From Tubulanus polymorphus (taxonomy: Eukaryota; Animalia; Nemertea): 64,000 bases of DNA. A program made the translations under genes and the position numbers. The DNA is taken from positions 13,317,807 to 13,381,806 of the forward strand of contig NC_134031.1 in NCBI RefSeq assembly GCF_964204645.1, in the 5' to 3' direction. Below, one piece after another: positions 25,399-36,622 of this stretch (the stretch's first letter is position 1; each line of letters starts with the position of its first letter). The notes under the pieces were generated by a model. That model searched no databases. It worked only from the letters and a program-made list of their open reading frames with translations, and had not been told where the DNA came from.

Positions 25399-26001
25399 AT
25401 GGATGATAATATTGATATTATTCCTCATGATATAAATAAAACTAAATTAAAAATATATTTAGAAAAACAAATATTAGAATTTGAAAGTGACTTAAAGATA
25501 AAAAAGAAAAAATATTTAAAAAGTAAAATTATATATTATTTGATTATAAGTGGTTCGGTTACAATTAGTTCTGTAATAACATTTCTAGCAATATTCAGCC
25601 CATTAACACCTTTAGCTATATCAATTGGTGTATTAGGATTAAGTTCAAGTGTTTTAACTGGTATAAGTTCAAAATTAAACATAAAAAGTAATAAAGAAAA
25701 AATTAAAACTAATATTAAAGAAATTAACAAATTAAAGAATACACTAGATTATATAATAAGTTTAAATGGCCATATAACAGTTGAAGAACAAGATAAATTA
25801 TTAAAAGATAGTTTTCCAAAAGCTTTCCAATATAATAAATCAATTAAATATAATATTCCAGCAATAGATTTTAATAAAGATATTACATATAGAAATGAAG
25901 TTTTAGATTCATTAACTAATTTAGAAATTTATGTTACTGAAACTAATAATTTTAATGCAAAGATGGAAAATATATTTCATGTCTATTTAATTAATTTTTA
26001 A
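25399..26001 (+). CDS. Two-TM membrane protein, fused by a deletion to the start of the next gene
   Basis: Homolog of 50183-50617; the stop and the intergenic TAAATG seen in C are deleted at about 25808. Confidence 0.7.
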   Translation: MDDNIDIIPHDINKTKLKIYLEKQILEFESDLKIKKKKYLKSKIIYYLIISGSVTISSVITFLAIFSPLTPLAISIGVLGLSSSVLTGISSKLNIKSNKEKIKTNIKEINKLKNTLDYIISLNGHITVEEQDKLLKDSFPKAFQYNKSIKYNIPAIDFNKDITYRNEVLDSLTNLEIYVTETNNFNAKMENIFHVYLINF

Positions 26002-26004
26002 AAA

Positions 26005-27183
26005 TTGAAAGATGAAAAACAATGGTTATTAAAATCTAATATGAAGTATTGGCAGAACCAATTAAATTTTGCTGTTTATTGTGCAACAACTGGTTGTGGA
26101 ATTAGTTGGAATGATCATTTGAATAATTCTAAATATAAATTAATTCAAAGTTTATTTAGATTTCATACATACTTTCAAATCAGAATAATATTAAATGAAT
26201 TAGAGTGCGCTTTACCAGGATCTAGATATTTTAAAGAATTAGATAATAATATTAATTTATCAAAGTTTTATAAAATTTGTAATGAATTTAATATAGATAT
26301 AAGTAATTCTGATTTTAGAACGAAAATTGGAACAATAAGATCACTTCCTTGCCCTAAAAAGATTGCAGAATATTGTGCACTTCCCATACCATCTAATAGT
26401 TTTTATAATATCAATAATAATAAATTAGGTTATGGTAAAATAGAAACTAAGGATTTAGAAACATTAAATTTCAATAAATTACCGAAATTTTATGATCATT
26501 TAAAACAAGAAAACAATAATGGTTGGGTTTATTTTATTTTAGAAAATAGTGAAGGTTTTACTAAATCAGGTATAGTAAGAATAAATCAATCTATTAGAAC
26601 TTATTTGATATGTATTTTAGGTGCGCAAGTTGAAACAAGATCCCCAATAATTGGAAATTTAAATACATCATTTGATACACAGAAACAATTCAAAGTATTA
26701 TTTGAAGATTCTATTCATAATGATAAAAATAGATCGATTCCAGAAAACATTGTAAGATATCAAAATTATTTAGATAAATCACATATTAGATTAAATTATT
26801 GTATAGGCCCTAATCTATTTATTATTTCTAATGATTTAGTATTAAAGATGGGAAACATAATTGGTTACAATAATCTAATTAAAACTGCAACAATAAATAA
26901 TTCATTTGGATTAAATGATATAAATAAAAAGATAATTACTGCTCCAAAATTAATGGAAGGTGAAAAAAATAAAAAACATATTCAATCAACAGAAACTAAA
27001 ACTAATAATATTAAATTAAATAATGATTCTAAAATAAAAGATTACAATACATCAGAAAATATTAGAACTGATAATATTCAACATGAAATAATTAAACTAA
27101 ATGATGATAATAAATCCCATGAAAATACTAAATTAGCTATAACTTGTATAGGAATTGTAATCGGAGGAATATTATATTTTTAA
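26005..27183 (+). CDS. Conserved uncharacterised Polinton protein with hydrophobic C-terminus
   Basis: YWQNQLNFAVYCATTGCG motif; homolog at 50634-51925. Confidence 0.6.
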   Translation: MKDEKQWLLKSNMKYWQNQLNFAVYCATTGCGISWNDHLNNSKYKLIQSLFRFHTYFQIRIILNELECALPGSRYFKELDNNINLSKFYKICNEFNIDISNSDFRTKIGTIRSLPCPKKIAEYCALPIPSNSFYNINNNKLGYGKIETKDLETLNFNKLPKFYDHLKQENNNGWVYFILENSEGFTKSGIVRINQSIRTYLICILGAQVETRSPIIGNLNTSFDTQKQFKVLFEDSIHNDKNRSIPENIVRYQNYLDKSHIRLNYCIGPNLFIISNDLVLKMGNIIGYNNLIKTATINNSFGLNDINKKIITAPKLMEGEKNKKHIQSTETKTNNIKLNNDSKIKDYNTSENIRTDNIQHEIIKLNDDNKSHENTKLAITCIGIVIGGILYF

Positions 27184-27205
27184 TTTTAATTTTTTTATTA
27201 TGTAA

Positions 27206-28564
27206 ATGGATGTAGAAGGTGTAGAAGATTATGAAATGGGAGAAATGGGAAATAATAATGAAGGATATATTGATGATGATTATAATGATGCAGAAACTAA
27301 TATTGATAATGATGATGAATCAGCATATAATTCTAATTTAACAGATAGTAGTTCTAAAACCATATCAACAGGTGAATTTGATAGAAGAACTAAATCGAAA
27401 ATAAATCCTGAAAATGAAGATCCATATTTAGTAAGACAAGATTTAGATTATATAGACCAAATGTATAAATTCAAACCTATATTTATTCTGGATATAATGT
27501 AAATGATAGAGGCGCTAGACTTTTAGTACAAGAATTAAAATATTTAGATGACGAATATTATTATCATTTGAATGAAGAATATTATATTGATATCTCTTAT
27601 AAAAATCAAAACAAAATATTAGCAGAATCAACTTTGGAAAAATTAGAACCAGATAGAATTAAAAAAATAAGTATTAATAATGAAATAGAAAATGTAACAC
27701 AAGAAAAAATAAAACAAAATAGAAAAATATTTAAACAAAGAATTAATGAATTATTTGAAACAATCAATAATAATTTAGAACCAGAAACAACTTCTGGTAA
27801 ACTTAAATCAAATAAAGTACCAATTGAAAAACTTTTACCAAATGGATTACTTGATGCAACAGATCAAGAATTAGAAGATTTAGATATATTTTCTGATGAA
27901 GCAATTAGAGAAATTATTAGTATAAGAAATGAAGCTGATAAAATTGCACATAATAAAAGTATAAGATATTATTGAAGTTATTGAAGAAATTGAAATTAAA
28001 AAAAATGCATATTAAGAAAAAGAAATTGAAAAATTAGAATATAATATAGAATTTCAGAAAGAAGAGAGAGATATATTATCAAAAGAATATGGTAATAATT
28101 TTAAAAGGTTAAAAGATGTTTTTAAAAGATATCTAATAAAACCAAATTCTGAAATATCATTAAAAGATAGAATAAGATTATTATTTAAGTTTGAAGGAAT
28201 CACAATTCTTTCAATTCTAACAGCTGTAACTATGGTATTCACAACAATAGGTTTAGCAATATCAAATGCTTTAAAATCTACACCTACTCCCAATAACCCG
28301 GATAAACCCCCAGATAATAATTCAATACAATATAAAGTTAAGGATTGTTTAGAAAAATTAGCAAAATATTTATGGGAACTATCTAAAAAATCTGCTGCAG
28401 AATTACCCGGAGTTATTGCATCAATTGTTGGTTTTATATTGAAATCTGCTGGGAATATTCTTAATTCTGCTGCTGAACATATTATTTTATTTTTAATTAC
28501 AGTTGTAAGTGCAATTATTTTTGGGTTAGTGAATATGATATCAAACGATATCAAGAAAAAATAA
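27206..28564 (+). pseudogene. Large acidic/coiled-coil protein with C-terminal TM segments, frameshifted
   Basis: ORFs 27206, 27568 and 28232 join through frameshifts; identical breaks at 51951-53309. Confidence 0.7.
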
Positions 28565-28614
28565 TAAAAAATAAACATAATCAAAAATAAATAATTAATT
28601 TTTTTGTTAAATAA

Positions 28615-29862
28615 ATGAGTGGGAGTTATATAAGTCCTTCTAAGATTTCTAGAATATCTAATGCTATTAAAGCAGAAAGATCACATCATATTATTACTCA
28701 TAATCCTTCAAATATTAATCCCGATGAAACTTTATATGTTAGAATCCCTAGATTAACACAAAATACTTTTTATGTTCCAAATAGTATTTATTTATCAGCT
28801 GATATAAAAATAACCGGTAATAATAATAATTATGTTGTTGATAATGTTGGAAGATATTTGATTAAAAAATTAACTATAAAGATCGGCCCAGAAACAGTTT
28901 TCTCATTAGATGATTATAATTTATTTATGCATTATAAAGATTTATGGTTAACTAAAGAAAATAGAAATAATATGATATTTCAAGGTATTCAATCGGAAAA
29001 CCAAAATAAATTAAGATCTGAAGCCAATAATGCAGTAGTAGCTAATGACGTAGATAATTTGATTAAAAAGATTTATGGAAGCAAATATAAAATTCCATTA
29101 GACTTTGAATTGATAAATAATAATGCACCTTTATATAAATACGCAATTCAAGAAGACGTTATATTCGAAATAACATTTGCTCCTGTTAATGAAATTGTAA
29201 TATCTTGCGTTGTTAAAGATATGGGTTATAAATCATCGAATATATGTTTAGAATATGATACAGTAACTGATGAAAATATTGCTAACACAATTCAAACTCA
29301 ATACAATCAAGGATTTTCATTATTATATGATTATATTGATAAATTTAAAACTGTAACTATTAATGCAAATGATGAAATAATTAATGAGAATATTAACTTC
29401 CCAAGAAGATCTATTAAAGGTATATTAATATTTTTTACCATTGCAACATATACTAATGGTGCAATAAATGTTGATAATTATTATAATCCTGAAATAACAA
29501 AAGTAGAAATAACTATCGAAGGAATAGCAAATAAAATATTTTGTCAAGGAATGAGAATGATTGATCAATGGCCAGAAATTAGAAAACATTTTATGAATGA
29601 AAAAGTAAAATCATCTGAAAATTGTAATATTAATCAAATTGATTATTATACCGGTAATAAATATGCATTATGGTTAGATTTTAGAACAACAGAGGATAAT
29701 TCATTACATGGTTCTGGAAAAAAACTACAAAACACTAAAGATGGAATACAATTATTCATGACAAAGAATAAAGGAATCAAAAATTTTAAAATGCACATTT
29801 ATATTATATCTGACGCGCAATCAGATATTGTAAATTCTCAATTAAATAGTGTTATGTATTAG
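28615..29862 (+). CDS. Putative double jelly-roll major capsid protein
   Basis: 415 aa, beta-rich, located in the structural module; NPSNINPDETLYVRIP, PRRSIKGILIFF, ALWLDFR resemble Polinton MCPs. Confidence 0.75.
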   Translation: MSGSYISPSKISRISNAIKAERSHHIITHNPSNINPDETLYVRIPRLTQNTFYVPNSIYLSADIKITGNNNNYVVDNVGRYLIKKLTIKIGPETVFSLDDYNLFMHYKDLWLTKENRNNMIFQGIQSENQNKLRSEANNAVVANDVDNLIKKIYGSKYKIPLDFELINNNAPLYKYAIQEDVIFEITFAPVNEIVISCVVKDMGYKSSNICLEYDTVTDENIANTIQTQYNQGFSLLYDYIDKFKTVTINANDEIINENINFPRRSIKGILIFFTIATYTNGAINVDNYYNPEITKVEITIEGIANKIFCQGMRMIDQWPEIRKHFMNEKVKSSENCNINQIDYYTGNKYALWLDFRTTEDNSLHGSGKKLQNTKDGIQLFMTKNKGIKNFKMHIYIISDAQSDIVNSQLNSVMY

Positions 29863-29894
29863 AATTTTAACTTTAATAAAAATTTATATAATAA

Positions 29895-30782
29895 ATGGAA
29901 GGAGGTAAAGTATATAAACATATTCCATACATCGATACACATGAAAATAATGATGGTTTATATTATGTAATACCTTGTAATATAGCTTTGATATTTGATC
30001 CTATTTTCAAAATTTATAAAACTAAACTAAAAGAAATCGATAATAATAAAAGTGGTGTTGTTGATAATTTAAGTAATGTAATTGATAATAATGCAATACC
30101 TTCTACATCTAATAATGTAATACCTTCTTCATCTAATAATGCAATACCTACTACATCTAATAATGTAATACCTACTACATCTAATAATATAATACCTTCT
30201 ACATCTAATAATGCAATAATATTAAATATTAGTGAAAATAGAAATTATTGTGATTATTGTAAAGGTGAATTTTCAAACGCTCCATCAAATTGGAATAAAC
30301 ATATGAATACAAAGGTACATATTACTAATGTAATAGAACGTGTTGGTTTAAGAGAATTGATAGAACGCCCATTTATATATGTTACAAAGTTTGTTTCAAA
30401 TAAAAAAGTAAATGGTAAAGAATTATATGAAGATTTATTATTAGCAACACCTAATAAAGATGAATTAGATTTAACCGATGCTAATAAAATATTAGGATCA
30501 AACATTGTAAATGAAATATTAGGAGCAAACACTAATAAAGATAATAATGAAAATATAGTTACAGATATTGATAATAAAGATTCTATGAAACCTAAAGTAG
30601 AAAATAATGATAAATTTGATTGGATGAAAAAGCATAACAATGAAACAACTATTGATGATTCAGTAAAAAGGGTGAAGAATAAGTATAAAAATAATTCAAC
30701 TATTGATGTAGATTCGGTAGAGCATTTGAATATATTGCTAGGGCCTGATAGTGAATTGGAGAGTGATGATGAAAGTATTTAA
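29895..30782 (+). CDS. Hypothetical protein with 8-aa repeats and one Zn finger
   Basis: 24-bp tandem repeat (NNAIPSTS-like, about 5 copies, 30087-30218); CDYC...H...H finger; acidic tail. Confidence 0.65.
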   Translation: MEGGKVYKHIPYIDTHENNDGLYYVIPCNIALIFDPIFKIYKTKLKEIDNNKSGVVDNLSNVIDNNAIPSTSNNVIPSSSNNAIPTTSNNVIPTTSNNIIPSTSNNAIILNISENRNYCDYCKGEFSNAPSNWNKHMNTKVHITNVIERVGLRELIERPFIYVTKFVSNKKVNGKELYEDLLLATPNKDELDLTDANKILGSNIVNEILGANTNKDNNENIVTDIDNKDSMKPKVENNDKFDWMKKHNNETTIDDSVKRVKNKYKNNSTIDVDSVEHLNILLGPDSELESDDESI

Positions 30783-31319
30783 GATATTAAATATATTTAA
30801 CTCAAATTATAATATTGGTTGAAAATCGTATAAAATAATAGTAAATAAAAAAGGGGGTTTTAAGTATTTAAGGTATTTAAGGTATCTAATACATATCTAA
30901 TACAATCTAATACAATCTAATACATAAAATATCTTATTTTATAAACTTATATTCATATGGAAATTGAAACCTCAGTAATAATAAATAACCTTTATCATTT
31001 TCAAACTTATTCATATATTAGTTGAAAAAAATAAAAATAAATTGGTTGAAAATTGTATAAATAATATTTATTTTAAAAAAGGGGGTTTTAAGTATTCAAG
31101 GTATCTAATCGGGTATCAGGTATTAGGGTATCTAATAGGGTATCTAATACATAGGTATATTTTAAACATATTTCAATATTTATATTTGTATGAGTTAGAT
31201 TTTTAAACATTAAAAGTTTTAGTAAAGTTTTATTGAAATAATTCATATATATATATTCATGAATAACATATAAATGAATAACTTCTAAAATCAATTTAGT
31301 AAAAAAATATGTATAATAA

Positions 31320-31871
31320 ATGGAACCAGAACAACCGCAAAGTATTAATATTACAAATAACGCTGGTGTTATAAACATATACTACAAGAAGTGTTCTAAA
31401 TGTGAATTAGATAAATTAGCTTTAACAGAATTTAGTAAGCGTAAGATTAGCAAAGATGGTTTTCAATATTGCTGTGAAACTTGCACTAAACTATATACCA
31501 AACAATATCGAGAAGATAATATAGAACATTATAATTATTATATGACAGAATATATGAGAGACAGATATCAAACAGATCTTAATTTTAGATTGAAACAATG
31601 CTTAAGATCTAGATTAACACAATTATTCAACAAAGAAACGCATTCAGAAACACTATCTAATTTATTGGGTTGTTCAGATGAATTTTTCATATCATGGATA
31701 ATATATCAATTCGATGATAAAATGAATATAGATAATTATGGTGAATACTTTCATATTGATCATGTGTTGCCGATTTCTAAATTTAACATGAGTGATGATT
31801 ACAATAAGAAGCTAATATGGAGCTGGAGAAATTTAAAACCTTTAGAAAAGAAGGAAAACAATAAAATCTAA
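31320..31871 (+). CDS. HNH endonuclease of the giant-virus type, possibly C-terminally frameshifted
   Basis: CSKC...CETC, RSRL, LLGCS, NYGEYFHIDHVLP, NLKPL..KEN. Confidence 0.75.
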   Translation: MEPEQPQSINITNNAGVINIYYKKCSKCELDKLALTEFSKRKISKDGFQYCCETCTKLYTKQYREDNIEHYNYYMTEYMRDRYQTDLNFRLKQCLRSRLTQLFNKETHSETLSNLLGCSDEFFISWIIYQFDDKMNIDNYGEYFHIDHVLPISKFNMSDDYNKKLIWSWRNLKPLEKKENNKI

Positions 31872-33119
31872 TAAACTAGATTTACAGTTATATTTAGATC
31901 AACTGGATAAAGCAAAGACATTTGTTGAATTATGGAACTCAACACATAATGAAAAATACGTTGAAGCTTATGCGCTTAGAAAACCGGTTACTCTCGATCT
32001 ATGTCAAACCGCCTATATGTAATTGTATTAGGTTGTTTACAAAAACATCTGTGCCACATTTTATATTCAGTTGAATGGGGTGTATCTCATTTGAATATTG
32101 ATCGAATGTGCTATTTCAGTTGAAAAGGATTAATCAATTACATTACAAAGAACATCTGTTGCTCAGACAGTGTTTAGCTAGTGAATAACTGGCAGTTATA
32201 AGCGCACAACACATAAGCATAGGAACGCATAGGATATTCTCTCTATAAACACAATTTTAGGAGTTTACAGTTATAAATGTAAGTACTTTTTTGTTGTTAT
32301 TAAGGCGTCGGGAAACGTTAAACATGTAAAACTTATCCTGGTAAGATGCGCCACAAATGGTTATGTTTAAGTGCTGTAATTAATATTTTACCACTACAAC
32401 TTCAAGTTAGTTTTATTCTACGCTAGATATTTATCTTTTAGATAACAAAATGAAGGCCATTGAATCAAGAAAGTGAAGATAGGAGGATGTGGAATCAGAA
32501 ATAATGGATATTTCAACTCGATGAGACTGTAGCAGTTTAGCCTTACTGTATAGGCTTTCAATGCATTACGTTTGCCGGAATTTCAATTGCGTCATTAAGC
32601 TGTTGTTAATGAAACACAGTGACAGATGTTCTATTATACTTTATTGATTCCTGCATTCCACGCATACCTTACCGGGCCTGAAATGAGCGGCTTGGAATGT
32701 TGAAATCGATACTGACTGTAGAATAAAATATATGTGTTTATGAAATAGTATTTCCACCAGTCGTTTCTTTGAATTTATTTTCAGTTTTAGGATTTATTAT
32801 CGAGAATCCGAAATGACTTATCTGGACAGTTATAATTACTGCTCCTAATAGATAGACAATAGTAGTGAGATATTAAATCCTAATTTAAATAAAATATAAT
32901 AAAAAAACAATAACTTCAACTAGCTAGTGAATTCTATTATATTTTTTATATTTTCTTTTCAAAAAGAGAATACTTTATATTTTGAATAGATTCAAATAGA
33001 AATTCTTTAAATTCAAATAGCTAGTATCAGTAGTCAATACTAGAATTCTTTAACTTTAACTATCTTGTATCATTTTATAATACTTATAATATTTTTCTTA
33101 TTAAATTTCTCTAATATAA

Positions 33120-33722
33120 ATGTCAAAGAAATCGAGTAAGGATAGTATTGATATTGAAAAAACATTAGATGATTTGGGTATTTGTGATAATAAGGATCCA
33201 GTTGTTTCTAATTCTATTCAAGTTAATAACAATATTGATTATGAATACTACTTATATTGTAAACACCATCTTGAATTACTAATTGCTAGCGGAAAGTGTA
33301 AAGAGTTTTTAACTAAGATCATTACTTTTCAAGAATTAGATGCTATGAAACCAGATAAAGTAATAAAACATTTTAAGATTTATGAAGAGTCAAGATTAGC
33401 TAGAATAAATGATTCTATTTCAGATGGTAATGTCAAATGTTATTCTAAGTTATGTAACCAGTTAATACCAATTGATGATGAAAATAAATTATATAGTGAT
33501 TTGAAAAATGACTACTTAGTTATGACTGAATTACAAAAATGGGTTGGTTATGCTTCATTTCAATTAGGATCGGTTATGATATTAATTTCTACTGGCGTCA
33601 TAACATTTTCGAATATCAAGCCTATGGAATATAAATCAGGTAAGAACGAAACAGATGTACTACAACCAAACGTCGAAACAGAAAATGAATCAGAACAAAA
33701 ATTAACTAAAATAAATGAGTGA
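33120..33722 (+). CDS. Conserved hypothetical Polinton protein (homolog of 57004)
   Basis: TAAATG start; clear similarity to 57004-57609. Confidence 0.65.
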   Translation: MSKKSSKDSIDIEKTLDDLGICDNKDPVVSNSIQVNNNIDYEYYLYCKHHLELLIASGKCKEFLTKIITFQELDAMKPDKVIKHFKIYEESRLARINDSISDGNVKCYSKLCNQLIPIDDENKLYSDLKNDYLVMTELQKWVGYASFQLGSVMILISTGVITFSNIKPMEYKSGKNETDVLQPNVETENESEQKLTKINE

Positions 33723-34083
33723 TGGCGTTAAGAAAAAGCCTAGATCCGAGAAACAAATTAAATGGGCAAGAGAATTAGGTAAAAGATCTGCAGAATTAAA
33801 AAAAGCTAAGAAAAAGAAATTAACTGATATAAATGAATCACAGACTTTATCTGATATTGATTCAAATAATAATCCATCTGATTCTTCTAATGCTGGAAGT
33901 AATTATAAATTATATATAACAATTGGATTAGTAACAGTTATTATATTATCCGGTGTAATATATAAATCAAAATTCAAATCTGATGATAAAGATGATTCCA
34001 ATGATAATAAACCTATCATACCAGAAAATAAGTCAAATCATAAAGTCATTGAAACTAAATCTAAATTATTATTAATGGATTAA
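33715..34083 (+). CDS. Small basic single-TM protein (homolog of 57542)
   Basis: RSEKQIKWARELG motif, one hydrophobic segment. Confidence 0.6.
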   Translation: MSDGVKKKPRSEKQIKWARELGKRSAELKKAKKKKLTDINESQTLSDIDSNNNPSDSSNAGSNYKLYITIGLVTVIILSGVIYKSKFKSDDKDDSNDNKPIIPENKSNHKVIETKSKLLLMD

Positions 34084-34089
34084 AATAAG

Positions 34090-35180
34090 ATGAAAAAAGA
34101 ACAATATTTAAGAGAGTTATATTATAACCCAGAAAGTGAAGTATCATATTCTAACGTTTCAGAATTATGGAATAAAATTAAATCTGATAATGAAAATGGT
34201 AATATAAAATATAGTGAATTGAAATCATGGTTACAAAATCAACCAACATATCAAATACACAAGAAAATGGATAAAACTTATTTAACAAGAAAAGTTATGG
34301 TTTCATATATCGATCAACAATGGCAAGCAGATTTAATTGACATGAAGAACTTAGAAGAATACAATAAAGAATATTTCTGGATATTAAATATTATAGATAT
34401 ATTCAGTAGATACGCATGGTCAATTCCAATCAAAAATAAAACTGGTATAGAAGTGACAAATGCTTTTAAATCAATATTTAAAGAAGTTATTCCATATAAG
34501 ATACAATTTGATGAAGGTAAGGAATTTTATAATAAACATTTTAAAAAACTATTATCTGATAACGATGTAGATTATTTTTCAACACACTCAAATAAAAAGG
34601 CATCTATTATAGAAAGATTTAATAAAACATTGAAAACTAGAATGTGGAAATACTTTACTGCTAATGAAACATATAACTATATCGATGTGTTAGATGATTT
34701 AGTGAAAGGTTATAATAATTCTAAACATAGTTCTATAAATATGAAACCTATACAAGCTAGAAAAGAATATAATTCAGAAATAGTTTGGAATAATTTATAT
34801 GGCGCGTTTGTTACACATGATTTCGGAGAACCTAAATTTAAAATTGGACAACACGTTAGAATATCTAAATATAGAAAAACCTTTTATAAACGTTATACCC
34901 CTAATTTTACTGAAGAAATATTTAAATTAAAAAGACAATATTAACTAAACCTTTTGTTTATAAATTAGAAGATTTAAAAGATGAAGAAATATTAGGTTAT
35001 TTCTATGAACAAGAATTATCACTTGTACCAAATCCAGATGAAATAGAATACAAAATAGAAAAAGTATTGAAAACAAAAACTCTTAAAGGAAAAAAGTATT
35101 CTTTGGTGAAATATAAAGGATATGATGATAAATTTAATGAATGGATTTTATCTAGTAAAATTAAAAGAATAAATGAATAA
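34090..35180 (+). pseudogene. Retroviral-like (rve) integrase with C-terminal chromodomain
   Basis: WQADLIDM, IDIFSRYAW, FDEGKEF, IERFNKTLK; frameshift near 34930, then IEKVLK..VKYKGY..FNEW. Confidence 0.92.
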
Positions 35181-35784
35181 AGATTTATTTATATTTGAAC
35201 CGCATAATATGTTAGTTACTGGGGTAACCAACTGTGGTAAAACATATTTCATATTAGACTTGTTAGAAACTATTTATAAGAATCATTTTGATAATATAAT
35301 ATTATTCTGTCCTACTTATGAAATGAATAAAACATATAATAGAGATATAGTTAAGATAAAAAAGTTTATTATATTAGATCCTAAAACAGTAAAAGAAAAT
35401 TTAGATAATTGTATAAAAATAGCAATTGATACTTATAAAGGATCAAATACATTATTCATTGTAGATGATTGCGCAAATTTACATGATTCAAAAGTTAGAG
35501 AAAGTGAGTTATGCTATTTAGCTTTCTCTGGGAGACATTTCGGGATAACAACATGGGTTTTAAATCAAAAATATAATTCAATTGTTAAAGACTTTAGGGA
35601 GAATATAAGATTTCTAGTTTTATTTTATAAGAAAGATAAAAAATCTATGAAACAATCATTGGAAGAAAATCAAATTATACCTACTGAATTACATGATGAA
35701 TATATGAATAAATTAAGAAATAATAAAGGTTCAAAATTATTACTGAGATTACAATTTCCCTATGAATATAAATTTATAAAATAA
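35173..35784 (+). CDS. A32/FtsK-like genome packaging ATPase
   Basis: Walker A GVTNCGKT, Walker B FIVDD, GRH...Q motif. Confidence 0.9.
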   Translation: MNKDLFIFEPHNMLVTGVTNCGKTYFILDLLETIYKNHFDNIILFCPTYEMNKTYNRDIVKIKKFIILDPKTVKENLDNCIKIAIDTYKGSNTLFIVDDCANLHDSKVRESELCYLAFSGRHFGITTWVLNQKYNSIVKDFRENIRFLVLFYKKDKKSMKQSLEENQIIPTELHDEYMNKLRNNKGSKLLLRLQFPYEYKFIK

Positions 35785-35789
35785 CTATT

Positions 35790-36035
35790 TATATATCTAT
35801 ATATCTATTCTATAAGAGCTTACACTTTTATATTGAATAATCTGTCAATTTAAATGTTATTCATGTATATGAATATTTTAAGAGTAATAGGGGTAATAGG
35901 CTTTCATATCAAAGGTTGAAGGGGCGAGTGAGTAAAAAATAAAAAATAAATTCGAGTGTGCGAGAATTTATTTTTTATTTTTTTACTTTCTCGACCTCTC
36001 GACCTTTGGTATGAAAGCCTATTACCCCTATTACT
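35790..36035 (-). repeat. Right TIR of Polinton B (hairpin 35883-36035)
   Basis: Inverted match to 13988-14225. Confidence 0.9.
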
Positions 36036-36622
36036 CGCGTCATCTCGATAAACACGAGCCAGCCTATAATAAGGCTTACGAGACTAGGCTTAAAGATAAC
36101 GATTCGCTTGGTCTATCTATCATTGGTGATCCTAAATCATATAATGACTATAGGTCTACTTGTAAATTTCCCAGCCATAACTAATTGCAAGTGAACATTG
36201 TCATTAATTGTTATTCAATTATTATCCAGTATAGGTTTATATGTACCGTAATACATTATATATGGTCCTATAAATGTATAATAGTTGATATTGGGGTCAC
36301 TTTCTACACCTAAATAATAGAATTATAGTACTCTTTTAAAATTCTGGACGGAGGTATTTTGGACACATATGAGGGTATTCTGGGTGGAGGGATTGTGGGT
36401 GTGGGATTTTGGGCGGAGGTATTATGGGCGTATCCCGTGATTGGTGTGGCATGCTGGGGACTCCAATTCGGGGTTTCACAACACCAGTTACACACCATCA
36501 CATCACTGATATAAGAACGCATCCTCTACATCTTATGACCCCGTAACATACCATGTGGAACTCTTTACAAAATCAGATATAGATATTCATACACAGGAAA
36601 TAGCATGACTCTAATATAATAG

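Larger units (their letters stand above)
13988..36035 (+). mobile_element. Polinton/Maverick element B (complete, with nested insertions)
   Basis: AGTAATAGGGG...CCCCTATTACT termini; about 240-bp TIRs; 6-bp TSD CGTGTC (13982-13987) / CGCGTC (36036-36041); pPolB, minor and major capsid, integrase, ATPase. Confidence 0.95.

Noticed and set aside
28054-28584. 176-aa minus-strand ORF (also 52799-53329)
   Set aside because: Antisense shadow of the plus-strand membrane-protein gene; no TAAATG start or motifs.
36340-36545. Right TIR of MULE 1 (GGAGGTATT-type repeats)
   Set aside because: Plausible, but no matching left TIR or TSD found in 11236-12008, so boundaries are not called.
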